Shown: piece by piece, positions 39,539 through 47,775 of the stretch
Position numbering within the stretch: the stretch's first letter is position 1
Layout of the letters: every line of letters begins with the position of its first letter
NCBI GenBank assembly: GCA_027366525.1
Contig: DAHXKG010000008.1
Span: forward strand, 26,556 to 90,555
From: a candidate division FCPU426 bacterium
GTDB taxonomy: Bacteria; Oederibacteriota; Muellerivitia; Muellerivitales; DAHXKG01
Reading direction: 5' to 3'
DNA: 64,000 nt
The notes under the pieces: model-generated
What the model saw: the letters and a program-made list of their open reading frames with translations, nothing else
The model's database searches: none
What the model was told of the DNA's origin: nothing
Program-made: the position numbers and the translations under genes

Positions 39539-40834
39539 ATGAAAATAACCCAATTGGGAATTTTATCCGTCACTCTTATTTTAGGCCTTTTAAGTTTGGA
39601 AATAATTTTGGAACATAATCATGTTTTAATGGGGCCAATGTGGAATATTTTACGAGATGGACTAGAAGCCTCACTTGCTGGTGCATTAGCAGACTGGTAT
39701 GCAATTACAGTTTTGTTTCATCCGGCGCCAATCCCATTTCGATTTTTATGGCCGTTTTCAGCACATCAAGAGATTATTGTTAAAAATCGTGAAAAAATAA
39801 AAAATAATATTATTGATTTAATTCAAAATGAATGGCTTTCATCAAAATCCATTAAATATTATTTTGAAAAAATATCACCACTAGAAATGGTGGAGTCGTA
39901 TTGGAATGATCTTACCTACAAAAGGGAAATAATACAAAATATCAGAGAAATTTTAATCATGATCATCGATCAAGTGGATTTTAAATGGATAATCAGTCGT
40001 TCTCATCAGAAAATGATTCAACGCTGGGTTCAAAGTCCCAATATCAATGAAAAATTAATTCACGTCGTATCAAATATATTGGAGCAGATTCAGTTCGAAC
40101 AGGTTTGGAATATATGGGTTAGTCGATTTTATAAATTGATTTCAGAACCAGCGGTGAAACAAAAAATTGTTATGTACATCAAAAAAACATTGCGAGACTA
40201 TTCAAAATCGAATATTCATCGCTTTATGTTTTCAGTGATGGATTTATTAAGGTTGTTTCGATATGATGAATTTGTCGATGATATATTAGAAAAGACCTAT
40301 CAATCTTTAATGGACTCGAAAAAAAACAAACATTTTGGTTATTCTCAAGTGGAGAAATATTTTCAAAGGCTTAAAGAAAAGGTTAAAAGCTTGGATCCGA
40401 CTCTAATGAAAAAGGAATCGAAATTGGTTTCAAAAATTTTTTTACTGATTCGAAATGATGAAAAATTTGGATTGGAATTTTTGAAATTTAAAAGAAATAT
40501 TTTGGAATTGATTCGAAACGAAGCATTTTTTGATCATGGAATTGAAAATGGGTTCAATCAAATGTTGCTTTATGTTCGACAGGACACCAAAAAAGAGAAG
40601 CGAGTCGACAATTTTTTTAAAAAAATGATTCCCGCACTGGTCAAAAAAAGCCATAATTTAATTCAAAAAATTATTGAAACGGGGTTATCACAAGAGGTTT
40701 TGAGCAACTCAGAATTGATTGAACAACTTGAAGTTAAAGTTTTAAATGACATGCGCTGGATCCTCCTAAATGGAGCCTTGATGGGAGGATTAGTAGGATT
40801 AATAGCGGGATGGATAAATTATGTATTTCACTAA
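39539..40834 (+). CDS. DUF445-family membrane protein
   Basis: N-terminal TM helix. C-terminal MRWILLNGALMGGLVGLIAGW matches the DUF445 (YjiN-like) terminal motif IRxNGTLVGGL. Confidence 0.55.
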   Translation: MKITQLGILSVTLILGLLSLEIILEHNHVLMGPMWNILRDGLEASLAGALADWYAITVLFHPAPIPFRFLWPFSAHQEIIVKNREKIKNNIIDLIQNEWLSSKSIKYYFEKISPLEMVESYWNDLTYKREIIQNIREILIMIIDQVDFKWIISRSHQKMIQRWVQSPNINEKLIHVVSNILEQIQFEQVWNIWVSRFYKLISEPAVKQKIVMYIKKTLRDYSKSNIHRFMFSVMDLLRLFRYDEFVDDILEKTYQSLMDSKKNKHFGYSQVEKYFQRLKEKVKSLDPTLMKKESKLVSKIFLLIRNDEKFGLEFLKFKRNILELIRNEAFFDHGIENGFNQMLLYVRQDTKKEKRVDNFFKKMIPALVKKSHNLIQKIIETGLSQEVLSNSELIEQLEVKVLNDMRWILLNGALMGGLVGLIAGWINYVFH

Positions 40835-40840
40835 AATAAT

Positions 40841-41797
40841 TTGATATGGAAAATGATGAATAACCAACTAGTTCAAAAATATCAATGGATCAAAGAGAGT
40901 TTGGAAAAATACGGTTTACATGTTGAAAATTATCAAACGATTCAATATGGGATACAATTTAAAATTGTGGATAAGAATGGGGCATTCTTTTTGCGAATAT
41001 TTCAAAATAAAAAAAATGGGATCGTAATTGATTATTCCCAAATTCGCTCGGAATTTAAATTGGAAAAGATTAAAAACATTTTAGAGTCTACGCACAAGAG
41101 CGTTGAAACGAATGATGCCGATTTTCTAATTAATTTTCCCGTTATTGGAACCGATGAATCAGGCAAAGGGGATTATTTTGGGCCTTTAGTGGTTGCAGGA
41201 GTTAGTTTGACTGAATCCACAGAAAAAATGTTAAATAAAATAGGTGTTGTCGATTGTAAACGACTAAGTGATGAGATGAATATCAAACTTTCGGAAGCAA
41301 TCTACAAAATATGCGATGACCACGTATCGGTTGTATCGATTTCACCTGAGAAATACAATGAACTTTACGAACAATATCGCATGCGAAATGAAAAATTAAA
41401 TGAAATGCTTTCATCAGTTCATGTCGAAATTATAAAAAAATGCATGTCTCGAATCAACCCTTCAACGATCGTTGTTGATCAATTTGCAAACGAAAGACTT
41501 ATTTTAAGCCAGCTCCACAATGTTGTTCCGCCGGAAGCTCGCTTGATTCAAACGCATGAAGCCGAACGATTTATAGCGGTTGCTGCTGCTTCCGTGATTG
41601 CGCGAGCAAAATTTTTGAACGAATTGGAGTTGTTAAAGGACAAATATCAGTTCCCCTTTCCCAAAGGTGCTTCTCAGGAGGTGATTCATACGGGGATAAA
41701 GTTTGTAAAACAATTTGGGAAACCCTTACTGTCTCATGTCGCTAAGCTACATTTTAAAACAACCGATTTCGTTTTGAATGCTGGGGGCTCCGATTAG
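40841..41797 (+). CDS. rnhC: ribonuclease HIII
   Basis: Catalytic motif VIGTDESGKGDYFGPLVVAGV of the RNase HII/HIII family, plus a roughly 90-aa N-terminal extension characteristic of HIII. Confidence 0.75.
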   Translation: MIWKMMNNQLVQKYQWIKESLEKYGLHVENYQTIQYGIQFKIVDKNGAFFLRIFQNKKNGIVIDYSQIRSEFKLEKIKNILESTHKSVETNDADFLINFPVIGTDESGKGDYFGPLVVAGVSLTESTEKMLNKIGVVDCKRLSDEMNIKLSEAIYKICDDHVSVVSISPEKYNELYEQYRMRNEKLNEMLSSVHVEIIKKCMSRINPSTIVVDQFANERLILSQLHNVVPPEARLIQTHEAERFIAVAAASVIARAKFLNELELLKDKYQFPFPKGASQEVIHTGIKFVKQFGKPLLSHVAKLHFKTTDFVLNAGGSD

Positions 41798-43614
41798 AAG
41801 AAAATGGATGAGAAAAAATAAACATTGTTGGAAAATTGCGAGTAAAACGAAACGGTTGATAAGGTGTGCTGCAATTGATCTCCAATGCCAACATCCCAAA
41901 GATTAATCACCGGGAGCGATAATTCCAGTGTTCCACTTTGGATAATATCAATTCGTGATTGATGAGGTCCAAGAAAAAAAGGATAAATTTGTTTTTGGAT
42001 TGAATAATTTGCATTAATCCCGAATAGATTCCCACCTCCATATTGATAACCTAGGTTGATTGTTTGATCAGTATAATTAAAAGTTGAAGAAAGGGCGTGG
42101 TTATTTCGAAATGTATACGTTAAATTTAGAGCATGAGGACCTGGAAAATAAAAATCAATGGCAATGGAAGTTATCCAACTCTGGTCACTATATCCAGGAA
42201 AAGTCGGGTATCGTTCTTTTAGAAATTGGCCTTGAATTTGGATGAAATCAGGGTTTGTGAATATCCATTGGAAGCCGCCAGAAAATTGAGAATGTTGATA
42301 TTGTAATGTCAGAAACCGATTGTAATATCCAGTGGCTTCATCGAATGCACAGGGAATATAAACAGATGACGAAATTTTAGGTTTAAAATTAACTGCGAGA
42401 TCTTGATAGTAATTTTGAAACGCATGCTGTTGCAATTGTTCATTTAAAGATGCTACGGAACTATAATCAAGACTAAAAAATGAATTCCACCAAGAGGGAT
42501 TATAAATTAAAAATGTTTCAAGATATTCATTATAGGTCCCAGGTTGAACAAGCGGCGGAGTAGTTTGATATTGTTGACCTTGGGTTCTTCCTCCGGTTAA
42601 TCTTGCGTAGAAGTGGAATGCCGATGCTGAAAGTTGGGAAACGCGAACTTCGGCTGGCATTCGATAGGACCCCGCATTTGGAAACCCAATAACGGTATCA
42701 TAGGCCGTTTTAGCTTCTGTAGTATTTCCCGTCTTTTGGTATAAAACACCCAAAGCATAGTAAGCACCAACATAACTAGGTTGAATCGTTAAGCATCGTT
42801 CTAAGTTTTGATAACATTTTTGCCAGTTTTTGAGTTTTAAATAAACAAGCGCTAGATTGAAATATGCGTTGGCAGATTGTAAATCCAGATGGATGGCTTG
42901 ATGAAATAATAAGCTAGCTTTTGAATATTGTTTTGATCGAAAGGCAAGTACACCGGCACGTAATAAGGCTAATATTTGAAATTTCTTTATTTGAGTATTT
43001 TCAAGCTGAGTTTTAATCTGATGAAGAATGATTTGTGCAGGATGATAATTGGGATTTAAATAGATAGAGCGCTGAAGATAGGCCTGAGCAGTTTTAAGAT
43101 GTGTAAGCAGGTATTCACAAATTCCAACCCCGTAGTAGGCGTATGAATTTTTGGGATCATATTGGCAATCTTTGTAGTAAAATCCTGCGGCTTTAGAATA
43201 CTGACCTTGCAGGTAGAGCTGGTTGGCCCATTGCATTAATGAAAATGAGGCATAGGGAACAGATTTTTGATGCAAAAGAAACTTAACACGAAATAACATT
43301 TGTTTGGCATTGATATTTTGGGGATTTAGATGAATAGATTGATTGAGATAAAACAGGGCGCTTTTAAGATGATTTAAAAGATAAGCACAAATACCGATTC
43401 CATAATAAGCATTTGAATTCGAGGGTTCTTTTAAACTAGCGTGATAATAAAATTTTTCTGCTTGAACATAGTTCCCATCAAGGTAAGCCTGATTTCCTTC
43501 AGCCATCCATGAAATGGTTTGTGCACGAACGGAACGAATGTTTATGATTTCTAAAATTATACATACAAGGAAAAAGTATTTCTTATGGGGTATATTTAGA
43601 AAAGAGTATTTCAT
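41794..43614 (-). CDS. secreted TPR-repeat protein with a C-terminal aromatic/Asn-rich domain (putative outer-membrane beta-barrel)
   Basis: Signal-like N-terminus. About eight TPR units with paralogous blocks (AYYGIGICAYLLNHLKSALFYLNQSIHLNPQ / AYYGVGICEYLLTHLKTAQAYLQRSIYLNPN). A roughly 300-aa C-terminal region ends ...VYFFSSIFF (a terminal Phe is typical of OM barrels). Confidence 0.5.
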   Translation of the reverse strand: MKYSFLNIPHKKYFFLVCIILEIINIRSVRAQTISWMAEGNQAYLDGNYVQAEKFYYHASLKEPSNSNAYYGIGICAYLLNHLKSALFYLNQSIHLNPQNINAKQMLFRVKFLLHQKSVPYASFSLMQWANQLYLQGQYSKAAGFYYKDCQYDPKNSYAYYGVGICEYLLTHLKTAQAYLQRSIYLNPNYHPAQIILHQIKTQLENTQIKKFQILALLRAGVLAFRSKQYSKASLLFHQAIHLDLQSANAYFNLALVYLKLKNWQKCYQNLERCLTIQPSYVGAYYALGVLYQKTGNTTEAKTAYDTVIGFPNAGSYRMPAEVRVSQLSASAFHFYARLTGGRTQGQQYQTTPPLVQPGTYNEYLETFLIYNPSWWNSFFSLDYSSVASLNEQLQQHAFQNYYQDLAVNFKPKISSSVYIPCAFDEATGYYNRFLTLQYQHSQFSGGFQWIFTNPDFIQIQGQFLKERYPTFPGYSDQSWITSIAIDFYFPGPHALNLTYTFRNNHALSSTFNYTDQTINLGYQYGGGNLFGINANYSIQKQIYPFFLGPHQSRIDIIQSGTLELSLPVINLWDVGIGDQLQHTLSTVSFYSQFSNNVYFFSSIFF

Positions 43615-43738
43615 TAAAAGCGTTTTTGGGCAAGGATCAAAGTTTAAAAACCTTTCAAAATCACATAAGATGATTTAACAAATTATATCATTGATTAACA
43701 ATTTGATGTAGTTGAGCAGTGTTGTATGTAAATTAAAT

Positions 43739-44407
43739 CTAAGAGTGGTTAAATTTTAAAATTTTCAGACGTAAAACCATTAACTTGTGTTTGAGTGAAG
43801 AACTCGGTGAGCTTTGAAGTGATAAAGCAATTTCTCGTAAGGCCCGTCTTGTCCAATTTAGCTTTTTAAAAAATAAAAATGCTAATGCATAATGAGCTTT
43901 AGCTGAAATTTTAAATGAAAGTTTAATGGCTTTTCGAAATTCTTGAATGGCCGAATGAATATTTAATAATTTATAGTCAATCAATCCTAAATAATAGTGA
44001 ATTAAATAATTTTGAGAGTTGATTTTATTAGCCTGATTGAATTCCTCAAAGGCTGTCTTCAAATGGTTTGAGTCATAATACGTTCTTGCCAAATAGATGT
44101 GACTGAGGAGAAGATTGGGTGAAGCATCATTGACTCGATCAAAGCATTGTTCCGCTGTCTGAAATTGATGTAGGTAGTAAGCCGTCATACCCAAATAAAA
44201 TTGATCCTTTAAGCTGGTGTTGTTTTCTTGAAGAAGTTTTTTAAATACTTTTTCTGCACGATGAAAATGATACGCCTTAAGATATTGTAGGCCAGTTAGA
44301 GTATTGAGAGGTGGCGACATTAATTTTGAATAGGCCAAGTCGTATTTTGAAAAAATGAATAAAAATTCAATGATAAAAAAAAATTTTAAAAGTTTTTTAA
44401 AATTCAT
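43739..44407 (-). CDS. secreted TPR-repeat protein (cassette copy 1)
   Basis: The ORF track gives 43739..44437 with a TTG start. The ATG at 44407 is preceded by GGAG and yields signal peptide MNFKKLLKFFFIIEFLFIFS. Paralogous to 45738..46424 (YLARTYYDSNH.../YLGRTYYDSGH...). Confidence 0.6.
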   Translation of the reverse strand: MNFKKLLKFFFIIEFLFIFSKYDLAYSKLMSPPLNTLTGLQYLKAYHFHRAEKVFKKLLQENNTSLKDQFYLGMTAYYLHQFQTAEQCFDRVNDASPNLLLSHIYLARTYYDSNHLKTAFEEFNQANKINSQNYLIHYYLGLIDYKLLNIHSAIQEFRKAIKLSFKISAKAHYALAFLFFKKLNWTRRALREIALSLQSSPSSSLKHKLMVLRLKILKFNHS

Positions 44408-44419
44408 AATTGAATCTCC

Positions 44420-44459
44420 AAAATAAAAATGGAACAAGGGAGATTAAAAATAATCTCCC
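44420..44459 (-). terminator. rho-independent terminator after the Pro-rich gene (perfect 9-bp stem GGGAGATTA/TAATCTCCC, then a T-tract on the minus strand)
   Basis: Read directly. The minus-strand RNA would be GGGAGAUUAUUUUUAAUCUCCC followed by UUGUUCCAUUUUUAUUUU. Confidence 0.7.
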
Positions 44460-44501
44460 TTGCATACTACCCAAGATAGTAATTATGATGATGAAAAATC
44501 A

Positions 44502-44993
44502 TTAATTAATATCAGCAACCCCAAGCGTGGTGTCGAAAAGTGTTTCAATTTGCTCACCGACTGGAGTTCCAGAAATAGTGGCCTGTGCTTGGAGCGTTGG
44601 AATGATGGTGGGTATGCTTTGAACTAAAGCCTGCACAGTTGGCACTACGGTTAAGTTAACAGTGGGCATTGGTTGAGGTGTGAAGTTCGGATTAGGCGTA
44701 AATACGAACGTCGGGAATGGTTGAGGTGTGAAGTTCGGATTAGGCGTAAATACGAACGTAGGAAATGGTTGGGGTGTGAAGTTCGGATTAGGCGTAAATA
44801 CGAACGTTGGGAATGGTTGAGGCGTGAAGTTCGGATTGGGTGTCCAAACCGGCCTAAAATGATTCCAAAACATCGGATCAGCATTGGCTTTACGACTGTT
44901 TGCTAGCGTAGCTATACCAATGACGGCAATAGCAACCGCAACTAAGCCCACAGACGCTAAAAGCCTGAACAACGACTTTTTTTGACTCTTCAT
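44502..44993 (-). CDS. secreted Pro/Phe/Thr-rich protein with 4 tandem 16-aa repeats (FTPQPFPTFVFTPNPN) - cassette copy 1
   Basis: The ORF track gives 44502..45008 (GTG). The ATG at 44993 is preceded by GGGAGG at a 7-nt spacing. The signal peptide is MKSQKKSLFRLLASVGLVAVAIAVIGIATLA. The conserved C-terminus is PTVQALVQSIPTIIPTLQAQAT...LGVADIN. Confidence 0.65.
   Translation of the reverse strand: MKSQKKSLFRLLASVGLVAVAIAVIGIATLANSRKANADPMFWNHFRPVWTPNPNFTPQPFPTFVFTPNPNFTPQPFPTFVFTPNPNFTPQPFPTFVFTPNPNFTPQPMPTVNLTVVPTVQALVQSIPTIIPTLQAQATISGTPVGEQIETLFDTTLGVADIN
44669..44860 (-). repeat. four tandem 48-nt repeats within the Pro-rich gene
   Basis: GAAGTTCGGATTAGGCGTAAATACGAACGT(C/T/A)GG(G/A)AATGGTTG(A/G)GGTGT units read directly. 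Alternate frames give spurious Arg-rich ORFs (44651..44884 -, 44673..44906 +). Confidence 0.9.
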
Positions 44994-45059
44994 AATGGGT
45001 CCTCCCACTAAATTTTTATTTAATGCAAGATCTCTTCAAAGACCTTGATCGTGATATAG

Positions 45060-45074
45060 GCATGATTTATGCCA
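45060..45074 (-). promoter_or_regulatory. candidate sigma-54 (-24/-12) promoter for the Pro-rich gene copy 1: TGGCAT-AAATC-ATGC
   Basis: Minus-strand reading gives TGGCATAAATCATGC. GG and GC sit at the canonical 12-nt offset, about 55 nt upstream of the ATG at 44993. A sigma-54-dependent regulator is encoded 1.4 kb upstream on the same strand. Confidence 0.45.
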
Positions 45075-45167
45075 AAAGTTGATGGAAAATAGTGGAGAGG
45101 TTTTCGTTTAACTTTTTTAAAATATGATTAAATTTAGTTAATGCTGATTAAAATTGGGCGGCTTGTT

Positions 45168-45599
45168 TTATTTGCTATCAATGTCTTGAACGCCCAAAAC
45201 ATCTTGATTGGGCAAGTTTTTAGTTAAATCATGAATGGGAGTTGGGTTAGCGGTTGCTCGAGCTTCAAAAGTTGGAATCATCACTGGAATGAGTGTTGCC
45301 AACGCCTGAACAGTGGGGATTTCAGTTGGGTTTACAATAGGTTTATTAAATGACTCAATAGGGGGAACAGGCGTTACTTGAACTGTTATACAAGGCATGG
45401 GCGTTGGAAGAAGAGTCGGAATGGGTTGTGGAATCCAATATGGAATAAGATATGGTGTAGGAAATGGAGTCAGCATGAAGGGGTGCAAAGGAGAGTCTAA
45501 TTCTGGATAAAAAAACTGGGCTTTTAACGTTGATTTTAAGCCCAAAATAAGAACAATTGCTAAGAGACTTCCTAAAACTAATAATTTTAAATTTTTCAT
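45168..45599 (-). CDS. secreted Pro-rich protein - cassette copy 2 (paralog of 44502..44993)
   Basis: The ORF track gives 45168..45605 (TTG). The ATG at 45599 is preceded by GGAG. The signal peptide is MKNLKLLVLGSLLAIVLILGL. It is Pro-rich (PFPTPYLIPYWIPQPIPTLLPTPMP) and has the same conserved C-terminal block PTVQALATLIPVMIPTFEARAT...LGVQDID. Confidence 0.65.
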   Translation of the reverse strand: MKNLKLLVLGSLLAIVLILGLKSTLKAQFFYPELDSPLHPFMLTPFPTPYLIPYWIPQPIPTLLPTPMPCITVQVTPVPPIESFNKPIVNPTEIPTVQALATLIPVMIPTFEARATANPTPIHDLTKNLPNQDVLGVQDIDSK

Positions 45600-45650
45600 C
45601 TTCAAACTCCATCACATCCTTACATTACTTTATATGCAAACATGAAAATA

Positions 45651-45666
45651 TGCAATAATAATGCCA
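45651..45666 (-). promoter_or_regulatory. candidate sigma-54 (-24/-12) promoter for the Pro-rich gene copy 2: TGGCAT-TATTA-TTGCA
   Basis: Minus-strand reading gives TGGCATTATTATTGCA, one mismatch from the consensus TGGCAC-N5-TTGCA, about 40 nt upstream of the start. Confidence 0.5.
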
Positions 45667-45737
45667 AACGTTTTCCTAAATTGATTTTAGCTTGTAAATT
45701 TCATTGCAGAAAAACAGTTTAAAAAATTTATCAATGA

Positions 45738-46424
45738 TTATTGAATTTTTTTAAGTTTGTTTAAGATCTTAGCTCTTAATTTTAAAGCTTTCAAACGCAG
45801 AGGAGGGTCAATGAAACAGTGAAATATTTTGTTAAGTTCATATAAAGCAACAGAGATTTTTTTTTCTTTGTAATAAAATAAAAACGATAAGGCATAATAT
45901 GCTTTGGCCATGGTAGGATCAAGCTGAACAGCTTGCCGAAATTCATGAATCGAAACGGCTATTTTTTTAAACTTATAGTCAATCAGTCCTAAATAATAGT
46001 GAATAATTGAAATTTGAGCATCCAGTTTATCCGCAATCTCGAAATTTTTTTGTGCCAAATTAAAATGACCGGAGTCGTAATAAGTTCGACCTAAATAGAT
46101 ATAGTTCATCGGCATGGCTGGGGAATGAGCTTCAACCCAGAGAAAATTTGTTTCAGCTGTTAAATAGTTGTGGAGATAGTAGGACGAAACGCCAAGATAA
46201 AAATGCGCTCCTGTATTGGTTGAATTAAAGGTTAAGACTTTTTTAAAATCATTGGATGCTTTTAAAAAATGGTACTGTTTAAGATTTTTAATCCCAATCA
46301 GGAAATCCTTGCGAGCTGTTTTTTTAGAATAAGACGCCAAGGATAGGGATGGAATTATAGCGAGTATAAGGGATAGAAGGAAAATTTCTAAAGTGATGAA
46401 AAGTAATTTGGCTTTAAAGCTCAT
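45738..46424 (-). CDS. secreted TPR-repeat protein (cassette copy 2)
   Basis: Signal peptide MSFKAKLLFITLEIFLLSLILAIIPSLSLA. Paralog of 43739..44407. The start overlaps the stop of the response-regulator gene. Confidence 0.6.
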   Translation of the reverse strand: MSFKAKLLFITLEIFLLSLILAIIPSLSLASYSKKTARKDFLIGIKNLKQYHFLKASNDFKKVLTFNSTNTGAHFYLGVSSYYLHNYLTAETNFLWVEAHSPAMPMNYIYLGRTYYDSGHFNLAQKNFEIADKLDAQISIIHYYLGLIDYKFKKIAVSIHEFRQAVQLDPTMAKAYYALSFLFYYKEKKISVALYELNKIFHCFIDPPLRLKALKLRAKILNKLKKIQ

Positions 46425-47775
46425 GGCAATAATTTTCTAAGTGGTATTTTAAAATCTTGTATTGTAATGCTGAGCGAGAAAAACCCAAATCTTTTGCAGC
46501 ACGACTTTGATTACCATTGTTTTTCTGCAATGCTTGTAAAATAAAGGATTTTTCAATTTCTTCTAAAGTTTGGGTTAGCGTGCCCTTCCATAGCGTAGAG
46601 GTAGAAGTTGTCGGGGTGGTGGATGTGGGTTCGGGCGAAATATTTAACAGGGAAGTTCCATCAGAGAACACGACTGCGCGCTCCAGTGTATTTTGTAATT
46701 CTCGTATATTTCCAGGCCAGGAATAGTTTTGAAAGGCTAGAAGTGATTGAGGGTTCAATGGAATGCGTGATTTAGAGGTTTCTCGAAAAAACTTTTCCAG
46801 AAAATGATCAATGAGCAAGGGCAAATCTTCAAGACGTTCGCGAAGCGGGGGGAGGTTGATTTGAGCAACATTAAGACGATAAAAGAGGTCTTCGCGGAAT
46901 AAGCCTTTTTCAACTTGGAGCTTAAGATCTTTATTTGTTGCAGCTACGACACGCAAGTCGATCTTTATGAGGCGACTTCCACCAACCCGTTCAAATTCCT
47001 TTTCCTGAAGAACTCGCAGAAGTTTGACCTGAATTTCTGGAGAAATTTCACTGATTTCATCTAAAAATAATGTTCCGTTTTGAGCTAACTCAAATCGTCC
47101 TATTTTCGAGTAGTTGGCTCCGGTAAAGGCTCCTTTTTCATGCCCAAATAATTCTGATTCCAAAAGACTTGGGGCCAGTGCCGCACAATGCACGCGAATT
47201 AGCGGGTTTGTTTTCCATGGACTGGATTCGTGGAGTGCCTGAACAACCAGTTCTTTTCCAGTGCCACTTTCGCCAGTAACTAAAACCGTAGTCTTCGTTG
47301 AGCTTAGCTTGCGAATATTTTCATAAATTTGAAGCATGATAGGGCTATTGCCGATCATTTTTCCCTGATAATGTGAAAGTTCATCTTTGAGTCGACGATT
47401 TTCAATTTTAAGTGTTCGAACTTGAAGACTATTTTGGATTTTCAGGTGTAATTCATCCATTGAAAAAGGTTTGATGATAAAGTCAGAAGCACCTAAACGC
47501 ATCGACTGTACAGCATCATCAATGGTTCCATAGGCAGTCATGATCAAAACATTCAGTTCCGGATCAATTTCTTTGGAAGCTTTTAAAAGGTCAAGACCGG
47601 TAAAACTAGGCATTTTTAAATCAGTTAATAATAAATCAATATGATTTTTTTTTAAAATCTCTAAGGCTTGAGCTCCCGAAGTCGATATGGTTACTTGATA
47701 CCCTTGGTCGGTTAAATATTGTTCAATGACATCGCACATATCTGATTTGTCATCAACAACAAGGATGTTGCTCAT
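46414..47775 (-). CDS. sigma-54-dependent two-component response regulator (NtrC family: receiver + AAA+ + Fis-type HTH)
   Basis: Receiver ILVVDDKSDMCDVIEQYL...DLLLTDLKMP. Walker A VLVTGESGTGKE. GAFTGA motif. The C-terminal HTH is SRAAKDLGFSRSALQYKILKY. A Thr/Pro linker (PEPTSTTPTTSTST) precedes the HTH. Confidence 0.9.
   Translation of the reverse strand: MSNILVVDDKSDMCDVIEQYLTDQGYQVTISTSGAQALEILKKNHIDLLLTDLKMPSFTGLDLLKASKEIDPELNVLIMTAYGTIDDAVQSMRLGASDFIIKPFSMDELHLKIQNSLQVRTLKIENRRLKDELSHYQGKMIGNSPIMLQIYENIRKLSSTKTTVLVTGESGTGKELVVQALHESSPWKTNPLIRVHCAALAPSLLESELFGHEKGAFTGANYSKIGRFELAQNGTLFLDEISEISPEIQVKLLRVLQEKEFERVGGSRLIKIDLRVVAATNKDLKLQVEKGLFREDLFYRLNVAQINLPPLRERLEDLPLLIDHFLEKFFRETSKSRIPLNPQSLLAFQNYSWPGNIRELQNTLERAVVFSDGTSLLNISPEPTSTTPTTSTSTLWKGTLTQTLEEIEKSFILQALQKNNGNQSRAAKDLGFSRSALQYKILKYHLENYCHEL

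Noticed and set aside
44651-44906. Arg-rich 77-aa ORFs on both strands inside the Pro-rich gene
   Set aside because: These are alternate-frame readings of the 48-nt tandem repeat. The signal-peptide-bearing frame, with an RBS and a sigma-54-like promoter, is the real gene.
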